Shown here: piece after piece, positions 1 to 13,627 of the stretch | Layout: every line of letters begins with the position of its first letter | How positions within the stretch are numbered: the stretch's first letter is position 1 | Source: Balanoglossus misakiensis | Lineage: Eukaryota; Animalia; Hemichordata | NCBI GenBank assembly: GCA_040954595.2 | Contig: CM082587.2 | Coordinates: 4,048,093 to 4,112,092, forward strand | Reading direction: 5' to 3' | DNA length: 64,000 nucleotides | The notes under the pieces: model-generated | Database searches by the model: none | What the model was told of the DNA's origin: nothing | What the model saw: the letters and a program-made list of their open reading frames with translations, nothing else | Translations under genes and position numbers: made by a program

Positions 1-3000
1 TTCAGCTTTACCCTCGAGATATCCGGCCCCTCTGACGGCTCCCATCTGCAGTGACAGAGCTGGTAGACCCAGGCTGTGTCTGTATTCGGCAAGGGCGTCC
101 AATACGGCGTTGGCTGCACAGTACGCAGGTTGGGATGACTGGCCTCGCAGTGTTAGAACTGACGACATCAGAAGGAAGATGTCCAAATTCTCTTCCTTTG
201 TGAGACTGTGTAAATGATGTGCACTAACAGCCTTCGAGCGCATTACTTGGTCGAGGTCGTCTGGCTTCAGGTCGGGGAGAAGTATTTCGTCAATGATGCC
301 AGCAAGATGGAAGACTCCCTTCAATGGTGGGACGTCGGGGTTGGACTTCAGTTGGCGAAGGATAGACTCGACACTGCTGTAGTCGGACACGTCTGCTGCA
401 AAGCTGTGCACGGTCACTCCTTTGCGTTTCAGGAACTCCAGCGTCCGACGGGAAGCCGCTGTCTTGCCGCCACTTCTCGAGATCATGACCAGGTGTTTGG
501 CGCCCATTTTCTGCATCCAACGGGTGAGCGCCTGCCCGACGCCGCCAAACGCGCCGGTGATGAGATAAGTGGCGTCTTCCTGGAAGACATCTCCGTGCTG
601 GTCGAACTTCTCCGGGATGTAGGACTCTGGAACTTCCAAGATCACTTTGCCAATGTGCTGACCCTTTCGCATCATTCTGAAGGCATCCATGTAGTTTTCG
701 ATGTGGTACACACTTGCCGGGGATGGGTGGAGTTTTCTCTCTTCGAACAGTTGCACCACCTTTTCAAGTGTCTTCCTTGCACCGACACGGTCTTGCCTCA
801 GCCTGATATCAATCTGACAGGACAGGAAGGTCTTGTTTTCCAAGAAAGTCTTCAAGTCCAGCTGTGAGTTTTCCAGCATGTCACGCTTTCCAATTTCACA
901 GAATCTTCCACCTGGAGCAAGAGCAGCCAACCCTCTTGCCATCAGCTTGCCATACAAGGAATTCAGTATGACGTCAACGCCTCTCCCGTCCGTCCACTTC
1001 ATGATATCATAATAGAACTTGTCAGATCGTGAGTCTGTGACATACTCTATGCCCAGTTCATCTCTGAGGTAGACACGCTTTTCTTCTGTTCCAGCTGAAC
1101 ACATGATTGTGGCTCCTCTCATCTTCGCGACCTGAATGGCCGCCAGTCCCACTCCCCCGCAAGCAGAGTGGATCAGCACAGTGTCTCCCTCCTGCAGGTT
1201 TGCTCTCTCCACCAGACTGTGGTACGCTGTTGTGAAGGCTATGGTTATCCCCGCGCTCTCCAGCATGCTGAGATGCTTCGGCTTTGGCACGACAAAGCGG
1301 GCATCGCTGACAACATGGGACGCGAAACTGATCTTGGTGAAAGCGATCACTTCGTCTCCTACTTTCAGGTGGGTGACGCCCTCTCCGATTTCTTCCACCA
1401 CGCCAGAGCATTCCAGGCCAAAACGGGATCGGGTCTCGTCAATCTCCAGTCCTTCCAACATACCATGGGCCATCATGACGTCTTTGAAGTTCAACGCGGC
1501 AGCGTGGACCTTCACCTTCACCTTTCCCAGTTTCACAGGCATGTTCGGCAGAACACACAAACCCAGATCATCCAAAGTAGCGCCTCTGCCATCCGTTCTG
1601 ATTTTCTGCTCCAGCCGCCAATACTTGGACTTTTTGGATGTTGTATCCGTGTGGGGAGAGTTGACAACTCGGGGACATAAGAGCTGGTTTCCTTGGATCA
1701 CCAGTGCCCGCTCTGGTTGACTGGAATCTGTCAACACTTTGACCAGCATCTCTGCATTGTGTCGCTGACTGGCTTCCGTATCCAGGTCAATGTAGTAAAC
1801 ACTGCCAGAGTTGACGTGGTTACAAACTGACCCAGCCATACCATAGGCAGCGTGCGACCAGATGTTCAAGTCGTTCTTGTAAGCTCCTTCGGTGAGAATG
1901 TAGACGCTTTTGATGACGTCTTGGAACTGGTCGGTGGTCTTCAGCAGTTCCAACATGAAGTGGAGATTTTCATCCCATTCACCACTGTAGTAGACGATGC
2001 TTACTTCTTTCATTGTGGTGAGGGCTTTGATGTCAGATATGCTGGGACTGGGCAGCGATGAAACGGGTTTCTGCAAGGATTCAGCCAAGGCATTTCTGAA
2101 AGTGTCTTCTGGGCAACCTATGAGAACCAATTGTACTCCTTCATCTTGTGATGTTGGGATCTGTCCAGCGTCTGACTTACGGCCAACGACAATGCTGTGG
2201 AACAGTTCGTTTTCTGTGGACACGCTGACAACGTCTTTGTAGCCGTTGTCCTTGAAGAGGTCTTCCCAGCCTTGCCGTGACAGCCAGCACCTGTCTTGTC
2301 TGAAGTCTTCATAGACCCAGCAGAGTTGCAAGGAACCAAAGACTAACTCAGCCATGTAGTTGGAATTGGTCGCCTCATACATGAACAGCCAGCCGTCTTC
2401 ACAAAGGAGGTTGCGCATGTGGTACATGCCGTTGTTGACATCAACCGCAGAGTGGAGGGTATCAAGACACACCACGATGTCGACACTTCCAGGAATGAAT
2501 CCCTGGGGCTCGATGTCTTGCTCGATGTCGAGTTGCTTGTATTTGATCGGTGGAAGGTCCTGGAGTCGTTGTTGGGCGTGTGTGAAGAAGGAGACACTCA
2601 GATCAGTGAAGATGTACTCGACTTGCTTCTTCTCTATCTCTTCAGCCAGCAATTCAAGTACGTATTTCGTGAGGCCAGCCATCCTTCCGCCAACTTCAAG
2701 GATTCGTACAACACTCTTCTTCTTCAGTGCCTTTCTGACTGACCTGGCTATAGCTTCAGCACCAGCTTCATAGAACAGTCGGATCGTCAGTGCCTCAGTG
2801 AAGTAATGAGCCAATATTTCAGGAGCAAAAAGGATAGAAACGCCAATATCTGGGTCTCTAAGTGTCTCTGGAAGAGCGTCTCCTAGGGTCTTGACCATCT
2901 TCAATTCTTGGGCTATTTCTGGTACTTGGTCCGCAATGTCTTCCAAGGTTTGGGCGATCTCATCCAGGCTCAAGGTCTCCACAGTGCTGTCATTAGAAAT

Positions 3001-6000
3001 GTACTGCAATCTTCGAATGTACCTTTCATTTCTCTCCGCAATGTCGCTGTCGTCGACAACGCCGAGGGCATGACGGATGTACGACTTGCATATGCTCTTC
3101 AACACTGGCATGATTGCTTCTGTACGTTTTGCGGCATCCATGTCCTCGGGGAGCAGCTCGCACAGGTTCTCGTCTTCAAACAACTCGCAGACGTCTGTGG
3201 TCGGGGGCAAACATGACGTCACCGGTTGCCATTCTGTTGTGTACAGGCACGACTTCAGGTCGACGCCAGACGCGGCATCTTGAAGGGTCTGTGCCACCAT
3301 TCCGATGACTTTGACCAACACTTTCCCTTCACTGCTGCAGAGGTAGGCGTCACCGGTGATTGAAGTACTGTCGCAGTCTGTCACTTTGGCGTAAACCGTG
3401 AATTGCTCGTCTACTGGCAACGATGGAACGGTCATCTGCATCATGCCCAGTTTTACAGGCAGATAGGCGGTGGTAAATTTGCCGAGCGATGCAATGATCA
3501 GCTGGAAGCACCCATCTAGTATCGTTGTCTGCACCCGCTGTTTGGGGTCGGAAGCACCGAAGAGTACAGCAAGTGCTTCTCCGTCACCAAGCATCATTTG
3601 TTGGATAACTTGGAAACTTGGACCATACTGTAACCCGACTGATGCCAGGCCTTGGTACACCTCAACTCCTGTCAACAACCTGCTGCATCTCTCTTTGATT
3701 TTCGGCAAGGGAAGGCACTGATAGATTTCATCTGTTGGGGCTGGACTGTCCATCTCAGCCGAGAAGTGCAGCGCGTCCCCTGATGTGATTTGGATTGATG
3801 CGCCCTCTCTGGTAGGTTGGACGGGGACATTTTCTTTTGATGGGTGCCCAGTAGCTTGGTCCTCAGGCCAGATCAGCGCACGCAGGAAATTCACATTTTT
3901 CAGCGCCGGGTTTTCCTTCTCGCCATAGAACATCTCAAGGCAGCATTCAATGTAACCTGCACCGGGGAAGACGACCTTGTTTTCAACCACGTGGTCAGCT
4001 AAGTACGGGAACATGTCAAGTGAAACGACGCCCTTTTGACCCTTGAAGCTCTTATCTTCCAAGCCAAGTCGCCTCTTCATCTTGAAATCGGGTTCAGACC
4101 AGTGTGTGTGGTGTTGCCACGCATATGTTGGAATTGGCGCCCATTTGGCTGCGTTGTAGGTCATGTTGTGCCAGTCGATTGGCAACCCAGCATTGTGCAG
4201 TGTTCCCATTGCCCTGAGTAGTGAATGGCGATCGTCCTTTCCACGCTGGCCGACTCCCACTGTCATTATCTGTTTTGTGGACCCACTTGCTTTCTGGATC
4301 CTTGTAATCGATGACAGCAGTGTTGCTGATGCAGCGCATTCGATGAAGATGTCTGGCTCGATTTCATGGAGGATATTCGTGACAGCATCACTGAAAGAAA
4401 CTGTATTTCTGATGTTCTTCCACCAGTAAGACCCGTCAAAGGTTCCGTGGTACTGCTTGCCATCAACAGTTGAATAGAATGGGGTACATTCATGCCTGTC
4501 TGTCGTCTTCACGATGCCCTCCATTGCCTTCATGAAGTTCTTCTCAATCGGATCCATGTAAGGGGTGTGGAAAGCACATTGGACCCGTAGTTGCTTGGCT
4601 TGCTGGGGGTTATTTGCTGCTATTCCTTCTATCACTTCGGTGTCTCCAGCAATCGTGACTGAACCAGGCGCATTGACAGCTGCAACGTAGAGATTCTTGT
4701 GATCAGCACACAGCTTCTCTGCATCTTCGTGAGACTGGCGCAGGGCTGCCATGCCTCCCGCTCCTTTCAGCTTGGCTTGCTCTGTGCTTCTGACGTATAT
4801 TGCAGTCACTGCCTCCTCCATCGTCATTCCGCCGCACGCATAGGCTGCGGCGACCTCTCCGAGACTGTGACCAACTATAGCGTCGGGATGAACGCCCCAG
4901 TGCTTCAACAGGTGGAACAGGCCAATCTGAAAGAACGTGATGAGTGGCTGTGAGATTTCCATCTCATCGGTCAGGTTTTCTGAATCTACAGGGAGGTTTC
5001 CTCGGGTTGTCTTCGAGGCGTTGAAAAAGCCAGCATCGTGGAGGAGAGACCAACCGCTGACTTTCTTGAATATGTCGTCACACTGCTTCACTACACCACG
5101 GAACGCTTCCTCGGTAGCATAGAGCTGTCTTCCCATTCCTGCCCATTGTTGGCCTTGACCGGGGAAAATGAAGCACACTTTCTGGGGCACATTTTGAGCT
5201 TTGCCAGTCATGACTGAATCTAAGGACTGACCATTCAAGTATGACTCCAGGTGTTGCTTGAACTCCTTTCCAGATTTAGCTGTTATGGCCATGCGGTGCT
5301 CATGGTGTTTTCTTCTTGTAGCAAGCCAGCTCACCACACCGAGGGCGTCATCTTGGCTCTCAAACGGCAGCCACTTTTTGGCCAGGTCATCGACAGCATC
5401 TTTAGACTTGGCTGATAGGGGTATCAAGATCTCTTCGCCCTCATTCTCACTGCCAAATTCCCAGCCACATACATAGGTCGATTCTTTCTGGGTAACAGGT
5501 GATTCCTCAAGGACCAGATGGGCGACTGCACCGGCAAAACCAAAACTGTTGACGCCGATTCTGTAAATCTTGTCTTCACTGAAGGGCTCCAGCTGAGTCT
5601 GGATTTGTATGTTGAGCTTCTCCAGATCTATCGCAGGGTTTGGTCTCTTGTAGTTGATTGTGGGACACAGTGTGCGATTGGCAAGCATAAGCGTAGCTTT
5701 CAGGGTTGCTGTGATACCAGCTGCGCATTCATTGTGGGCAAAGTTACTTTTCACTGAGCCAATCTTGAGGGGTTCTTTCTTGTGTGGACCAAAGGCATTA
5801 CCAATAGCCCGGGCTTCGATGGGGTCTCCAACTGGTGTACCTGTGCCATGGGCTTCCACGTAGTCCACGGTGGACATTGGTATGTTGAATCTGTCATAGG
5901 CTTCGTGCATGACATACTCTTGAGCGGACTGCAGGGGCATGGTCAGGCTGCTGCAAAAGCCGTTGGCAGCAATTGCACTCCCCTTGATGACAGAATAGAT

Positions 6001-7398
6001 GTGATCTCCTTCGGCGACAGCTTGGGCAAGAGGCTTCAGGATAAATGCACCCCAACCTTCACTGCGCACGTAACCCTTTGCTTCGTCCGAAAAGGGACAG
6101 CAGCGGCCCTCTGGAGACAACACCCCCAGCGCGCTGAAACCAACCGTTACCTCTGGAACCAGAAGACTGTTGCAGCCACCAACGACTGCCACTTTACACT
6201 CCTTGTTCCAGAGATGTGTGCAGGCAAGATGTATGGCTGTCATGGAGGCGGCGCAGGCTGTGTCGACGGCATAGCTCGGGCCCTGCAGATTGAAGGCATA
6301 GGATATGCGATTGGCGGCCACGCTGTGGGCGTTGCCGGTGATTGTGTAAGGGTTGACGTGGTAGGGCTCGATGTTGGTCATGCCGTAGTCCATCATACCA
6401 ATTCCCACAAACACCCCGCAGTCGGCTTTCAGTTTGTCTGAATCGATGCCAGCATCTTCAAAGGCTTCTTCCACCACCTCAAGCAGAAGTCTCTGCTGGG
6501 GGTCCATGGAGGCCGCCTCTCTTGGTGAAATCTTGAAGAAGCCATGATCGAACTGGTCGACGCCGTCGACGAACCCGGCCCTCCTGGTCACCATCTTGCC
6601 GGATTTCGACTGGTCACTGTCGTAAAACGCGTTGATGTTCCACCGGTCCTCGGGTATTTCCGTCACCACGTCCCTGCCCTCGCTGATCACCTTCCAGAAA
6701 CTCACGGGAGATTCTACACTCCCTGGCATACGACAACCTGAGAAAAGATGAATTTGGGAACTATCGGTGATGTGTTCAATTCCAACCCGATACTCTCGCT
6801 AAATGTAATGACATAAATCCACAATCAAGTGAAACAGTTTTTAGAAAACAAAAGTAGAGTGTCTTATTAAAAGAGATATGATTGTAAATAAAATACTCAA
6901 GTCACAAGAATAATTTCACTTGAATATTTAACATTTCACATCCATAGGCGCATGTCAATGTTAAATCAAGAATATGTACCTACCTATACCCGTAATTGCA
7001 ATTGGAAACCCATAACAATCGCTTAGGCGGGACAGCGATGGATTACCATTGCTGTCACCAAGGTTACTACCAACATCAACGTTTTCCTGGAAAAGTGGAT
7101 AAAAAGAAACATGAGTACATTCAGTTCTTTGCGTGTATTGGATGTTACCAGGGGTAAAGATACTATGATTTCAATGGTCTCAACTTTTTACCAATTAAAA
7201 TTTCTTTTCACACGGTAAAGTCGTCATCAATTCAAGACATAATAATTCTAAACAAAATAATATATTATTAAACACGTAAAACGTATGAAACTAATTGCCA
7301 TTGCTGGCTCTCTGCATAAGATATAAGAATATTCAAGTTACCTGTTTGGGCATTGTGTTGGTGGTTGGTGTGTTAACGTTCAACTTGTTGAAAGGCAT
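1..7398 (-). CDS. Animal type I iterative polyketide synthase (KS-AT-DH-cMT-ER-KR...), echinoderm PKS-like; 3' end (rest of KR, ACP, any release domain) lies beyond the left edge
   Basis: Coding exons 7398-7342 (MPFNKLNVNTPTTNTMPKQ), 7086-6984 (ENVD...PIAITGIG) and 6737-<1, joined by GT-AG introns with matching phases; >=2299 codons. Motifs read in one frame: KS GCRMPG, MDPQQRLLLE, DTACAAS, EAHGTGT, KSNFAH; AT GHSLG (~4870) and CAFH (~4570); DH HVVENKVVFP (~3990) and DGCFQ (~3510); MT VRILEVGGRMAG (~2700) and DTLHS; ER GLECSG and LIHSACGGVG (~1170); KR YLITGAFGGVG (~560) and QPAYCAAN (~120). The ORF track lists no minus-strand fragment in this frame, consistent with no internal stop. Confidence 0.95.
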
Positions 7399-7946
7399 GT
7401 TGATCTTTACAGTGTTGGCAATGTGATCTGAGAATTAAGAAGATATTACAGCATATCATTTCTTGGTTCTTTCAACACGAAATACTATCACAACAACAAA
7501 CGCCTACAATGGAGACTGTATTGGCACTTATTACATTCCTGTTTATTAAAAATCGACCTCTTATTTTTGGAAAGTTAAAATAACAGACTACTGAGCGGTC
7601 ACTTCCAAAGGCCATTAAAAAATAACCAGTTCGAATGAAATATTTTTTGTGGATTTTTTTATTTCTCATCAGCGTGGCTGCACTGAGATCGGACTGTTAC
7701 AGCGACGCCATAGTTTCTCTGTCGTTCTGGCATATCCCTGATATGTGGGTACACGCATCAAGGCTGATCTGTTACGTCATCGCGTCACTGTTACAGCATT
7801 ACATGGCACCATCAAATGTGATAACGTAATTACTAAACAGTCACAAATGAGAACTTGATTGGGTGGCGGTGGGAGGGGGGGGGGTCAAAATCACGAAGTC
7901 AATTTGTGATACCAACGGGTGCAAAAGTCTAGAAATACTAGTCACG

Positions 7947-8068
7947 GGCGTTTGTAACAAACTTTCTTAGTATTTTTATGGTTTAGAAAATCTTCAGGTA
8001 CCGCGTCATATGATGTTGCGATACCCCACTAAATAACAAAAGACTAACAAAGCATTGTTACAAACGCC
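7947..8068. mobile_element. Small MITE-like element with ~26-bp imperfect terminal inverted repeats, in the PKS 5'-UTR intron
   Basis: GGCGTTTGTAACAAACTTTCTTAGT at 7947 versus ACTAACAAAGCATTGTTACAAACGCC ending at 8068 (14-bp perfect outer match). No clear target-site duplication. Confidence 0.45.
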
Positions 8069-8727
8069 ATTAGCATTGCTTGACTGTGAAACTTTCATTT
8101 GTTTTGTGACGCGTCCCCATAAACTATGATATGCATATAGAGTCAATGCACCGCTTAAAGGGTGCCTGCGTCATATCCGCAACGTGTCCTGCTCAGTGCC
8201 ATGTTCTCGGTAAATGACCTCTCCAAGTTTTTGTTGAAGTCTTGCGCACTGGTACATGGTATGCTTGATTCATTCATTCACAAGTAACTCAATACTTAGG
8301 GAAGAACCAATTTATTTTTTGGGTGGTAGAGGTTTTTTTGGAGGGGGGACTGTTGGCCGATGTGGTTCGGAGAAAATAAAATTTCCTGCAACTGGCTTGG
8401 ATAAAAAGTAGGATTGACAACAGAAAAAAAAACTGTAACAGTGGCTGAAAAATTTGCTGACATACCATAATCCCCCCTCCCCCCCCCAAGACTTCGCTAT
8501 GTTCAGGCTAGCATGTGTCTAGGAAAGTGTGAAAAGACTGCAGGTTCAATTGCGCAGAGCGATCCTAATATCAGCGAAGGTGACGAAACTTTTTCCCCCG
8601 TATGTCTCTCTGCAAGGAGATCCTGGTCAGAAATGTTCGTTAAAACCGTTATTAAAATAAGCGAAAACGTTATTATGGTGGGACTTTCTGCAGTGTGTGC
8701 TCCGCCAAAACAAAAAGTTGTCTTTAC

Positions 8728-8860
8728 CTTTAAAATGTTCTTCTTAAACTCCGGTCAGTCTGGAACAGTATTCTTCGTTAATTCTTAAAGCTGTCTTGCT
8801 TCTTCTCGTCTCGGTGGCACTCGCTACTCTGTGACTTTGGCGAGATCCGTCGTCTTATAA
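8728..8860 (-). promoter_or_regulatory. Putative PKS core promoter and non-coding first exon
   Basis: Minus-strand TATAAG at ~8859-8854, Inr-like TCACAG ~27 nt downstream, and donor AAG|GTAAAG at 8728/8727. It fits the acceptor TTCTCAG| at 7428/7427 just upstream of the PKS ATG (7398). Confidence 0.5.
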
Positions 8861-11800
8861 GGCTTCCGAGGGTCCCGGATCTATCAGCGATATACCGGAC
8901 TTGGGTCCGCGGCGTTGTTTATGGACTGATAACGACCATTTACAACGAATTGATCCGTCGTCGTTTGGGGTTTCCCCCTTCAAGAACCACCGCCCAATTA
9001 GAAGCGTCCTTGGCAGTTTGGACGAATAAGCTGATAGTGTCCATATTATGCAAGACATTTTCATATTTTTGCTTATATGGGAATACTATCATATGTACGA
9101 TATATTTTTTCTGTTATATTTTAATTTATTTTTGCCGTTCTAACCTGTTTGCTTTCTCTATGACGTCACTTTTTTCTCCCACGACATGCCAAAATGAAAA
9201 AAAAAAGTTGTGTATTTTGTGTTTGACTGGAAGATCGGGCCATCGTTGCCATTAGATACAGCGATGTTCCAGAGGCTGTGGCGCGCAGACCGGGATACCG
9301 ACCGCAGGACATTCCGCGACATAGTCATTTCTGTGAATTTCCCGTACATGTCGTGACGTATATAGCCACAGTTGGGACCGACTGTTTAGTCCGCCGTGGC
9401 GGGGCCGTAGCGTTGACGGCACATCAACTCTGTGCTGTGACACCGCCATGGCAGTGTCCACTTTTTCGCGTCCGTATGGTCCGAGAGTCATAGACGTCAA
9501 CTTGCAAGGGGGAAATTTCACAGTCAATGGACATGTCACTTGTAAGTCTTAGATCATGTTATACATACTATTCTTGCTTACATAAGAACATGGCCGTGGC
9601 AGAAACTTGTGTTGGTCGACATGAATAATATAATTTAGTACAGTCTTTCTCTGTAATCACCCTCTCTATTTCTGTCTTTCTCAGTCTCTGTCTGTATCTC
9701 CGTCTCTGTTATGTCTTGCGAAAAGCGATATGACTAGTTGTTATAGCTTGTTATAATCATACAAAAGTTACAGATTGAGGACTTTTACTACGTTTTAAGC
9801 GATTTAAAATCAAAGTTCTCTTTCTGCGCACTGTTACATGAAACTGCCCATTTGCGTATTTATTTGTTGCCCAGTCAGTTGAACATGAAGTTAGGTGACG
9901 CGAATATCATTTCAAATAAGGGTGACGATAGGAAACAACCAAATATCGTTCAATTGCAGGGATGCGGCGTTTCCCAATTTGGACATGGATTCGCGTTCAA
10001 CTGGTTTGACGTAGCCTATACCACAGCCTGGAGCGGCGCGCCTTTCCTGGAACTTATACAGGATGTGCCGTGTTGCTATGGGAACGACTTTCCAAAACGG
10101 ACGCGGAACCAATATGTCTTCTGGCTCAACAAGGCAAAGCCGCGCAAGGTCTCTCACGCAGCCGCGACACAGTGTGCAATATGGGATGGTGGAAATCACA
10201 ATTAAACATACTAGTAGCTGTGGGTTCGCAGCTTTGTTGTACTTCGTATTCTGGTGTGCACGGGTGTAAGGTCATACAGCGGTCACGCCACGTCGTATAG
10301 CGGCGTACGCTAGAATACCACCACACCACAGCACAGTCCCTCAATCACATTCACAGATAGAGGAACGTGACCACACGTAACTGAGTTGCGTATCGAAATT
10401 TAATAAACGTTTGCTTGGGAGTGTTGGCTAGGTGGGAACTTTAATACCAAGTCTCGGTGAGGCCTGATGAGTTCCACCACGAGGAGGAATGTGGATACCC
10501 AGCCAAGTGTGTTCCAAGAATTCCGTAATGCGCCACTATGGAAGGCCATGACTGGGCACGTATCGCTCCCCCCCCCCCCCCGTCAGCATGTTTATATCTG
10601 AGTGGAACGCACTTTCACGATGGCCTCTTCGCATGCTTTCTTGTGCTCACGGATGTGTGGTCCGCTTGTTGCCGGTATATCCAATGTGTTGCCGGATTTT
10701 GAGGTGTACCGGTGAGGTGTTTGTATCGAGCCAAGGTAACCGCTGGGGTGTGTGTTATAGGCTAAATTCCCTTCCTTTCAGTTGCACTGGGCATTTTCTC
10801 AGAATCTCCTCATCCATTTCTTAGGGTATGGGCCGGGAAAGCCCCTGTCAGATTTGAGCAACGTCTGACAGCCTTGCCAGCGATCCGATAGCAATTGTCA
10901 TTGCATCTAATCTCTACAGCAAGAAATCGTTTTGTCTTCCACTGTCCAATGGGATAGTCCGTTTCACGATTAGAACACCCCGAGTAGATTACATTTAATC
11001 CCGGTCGTCTATCATATTACGCGCTGGTATACTTCTTCAACTGCGCATTGACGGTACCCCGCGACGTAAATATCCCTACCCCTGGGCCCCTGTCCCGGTG
11101 TATCGTGTCATGTGGCGTAGTTACCCCTGCCTCCGATGCCACGTCATCTTCTCCCGTCAAGTCTGAGACTGATCGACCGTCAAAAACCAGAACGGAAATT
11201 CACTTCATAGAAAGTGTGAAACATTTCTTTTGCATTTTGAAGTACCAGTAATGGAAATTTCCAATTTTGGATATTCCCATTCGGGCGTAACATAAATGTG
11301 ACTTATCACTTCCGCTTGTTCCCTACCGCCGTGGTCATGTACTTGCTAACTCTTGCAGGGGGGGGGGGGGTCATCATTGGCCTCAACCCAAGAGAAACTA
11401 ATATGCACTTCTCTCCAAAATGGGTGACTTTTGCGGTGAGGAAATTCTACACCGCGTGTCAACTGCATGGTTACGCCAGACTGTACTGATAACATCGTAG
11501 CTGCCATGGTTTTAACTTCTATCTGCATATTTTTGACAAAAGTGTAATTTCAACTGCAAACTTGGCACTTTCCGAACACATGTGAAAGCGCCGATTTGGC
11601 GGGCGGCGTGTACCCGGACTCAAACTCATGAACCCGACTCCGATGCGGATATACGCGCATAAAATAGTCAATAGATTATTGTTGACTGTGTTCGCGCTAT
11701 GATGAATGGCATAAATGTGTATTTGTATATCGATAAGTTCAGGCCTATCGTGATGACAAGTGCAGGTTCGCGCGTAATGAGACGAGTCTACACACAACTT

Positions 11801-13627
11801 CAACTCACGATCCGACTGCAGACGCCCCTTAACCCTTTTGTGGTCACGTGACGGAAAATGTCCCTTGAAGACGGATCTGGTGAAACTCGCATCAGAGTGG
11901 ACCTGTCATACACATGTCACAAGAGTAGCAAGTACATGTATATTCACATGACAAAATACGACCAAGATATTCGGGTTTTAATTGAATGGGGCCGGTATTA
12001 GGTTTACGCAATTACAATAAAATATCTCCAGCTGAGAGGAACATCGCCATAAAAATATCTCCAGCTCAAAGAAATATCACAACTTGGCATCGACAGTGTA
12101 AACACAAACAATTAAAAAACAAACAGTCGAGTTTGCAGGTCAGGTACGAGACTATTGAGACTCGGACCAACACGTTCACGTTTTCCGGAATATGACATAT
12201 TATTGCATATTCGATTAAAAGAAAGCCAATGACCCGGACACAAAAATCCGTTTCGTTTCACACCGGTTCGAAATTTGACGCCCATCTGCACAGCGTCTGC
12301 GGTCCTTGTTGTGGAGAGTGGTATCGCCCTGCGGGGGGGAGGGGGGGTGTGAAAAGACTGTGAAAGGTGTGAAATGATTACTGAATGGCAAGGAATTAAT
12401 GAGCCAGAATTATGCACCGCAACCGAATGTAATGAAAGCTACTTGACTAAGGTTAACATGCTCGGTATGAACAGCAAATAGCTTTCGCCAGTTTCCGCCG
12501 ATTAGGTGAAATGATTGCGCTCATTTCAAGTTTGGGTTCTCTGGTGTGGCCAAGGGGGAATGCACTATTCCACCAGCAGGATTTCAATTGTCAGTTGCTA
12601 ACGAGTTAAATGTATTTCCCCTGTTATCATGTTGAAATACGTCTGCTGTCTTTCAAGGCGGCAGAGTAATTACACCAACATCAAGTCGAGTAAATGACGT
12701 CGAAGGAATTAGCTCGTTAAATTGGCCGCCACGCTTATACTCTTCTGTCTCTTCATACAGAAATTGCCCCAATTTGGCGGACCATTTGTACAGTAATGGG
12801 AATAGAAATGTTTGTTTCTCGTCACTAATTAAAAAAAACCTGGCCGCGATAAATACTCCATTTACGCGTCAAGTACAAGGTCGCTCCCAATGTAATGTAT
12901 TAGACACACTGAGGGACTGTGTATTATACAATGCGAACAGGTCCCGCGCCGATGGATAATTTATTCCTATATATCTCCGCGATGCCAGCAATCAGTGTGC
13001 TGAACCGGCATTACGGGATAAAGCGTCCGGGTGCTCTGTGCTGTGTAGATCGATCGTACGATCGTGGTACCTCCCATGCACCGCAGCCGGCAGACTGATT
13101 ACATTTTACTTTTTAGTGCAACCTTTCTAAGCTGGCCATAAGAGAGGTAGGTGAGACTTTTCTGTGATCGTGGAATATGAACAACCAGAGCTAGCACCTG
13201 ATATTTTCTGTTTCCCAATTACCCTTTCATTCAACCTGTCTCACTCATGAGTTATGTAAATACTTTTCAACTTTTCAACAAGGGTAATAAATTGAATTGA
13301 AATTGAAAATTGAATTGAAGAGCACAATTTGACAGCTGGTGCATAATTTCATGATTAAATTATGAACGTACGTGAAAATCTTGCTGCGGGCGCCTTCGCT
13401 GATGTTGCTGTTGACACCTTCGACGAGAATTCAATCGTACTACCTGAAATCAATTTACCCGCACATATATATCTGAATCACCGGGCGATCTTATTTTCTA
13501 TTTTTGTTCTGGAATACAAAAACAAGGCTACGGAGAGGTTGGCTGAGACAAGTGGAAATAAGTCATTGCTCCCTAACTATTACATTTTACGTTTGTGCTT
13601 CATACAGATTCAGCTTTTGGCCCCAAA

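Noticed and set aside
214-6741. Numerous plus-strand ORFs (e.g. 214-867, 1136-1720, 5782-6441) and short off-frame minus ORFs
   Set aside because: Antisense or out-of-frame shadows of the PKS coding exon with no recognisable motifs.
8296-8500. Possible MITE (TAGGGAAGAACCAA...G-run...C-run)
   Set aside because: Resembles G/C-tract MITEs, but the right terminal repeat is not recognisable, so it cannot be supported without a repeat library.
10464-10500. CTGATGAG hammerhead-ribozyme-like core (also at ~22441 and ~61204)
   Set aside because: No correctly placed GAAA after a stem II and no convincing stems I/III.
12018-12082. Two-copy ~32-bp tandem duplication (AAAATATCTCCAGCT...)
   Set aside because: Ordinary local slippage duplication with no evidence of function.
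7740-13465. Gcm-like sites near the PKS promoter (ATGTGGGT ~7743, ATGCGGAT ~11643, ACCCGCAC ~13457)
   Set aside because: Each is a mismatch to ATGCGGGY and expected by chance; insufficient to claim Gcm regulation as in sea urchin pks1.
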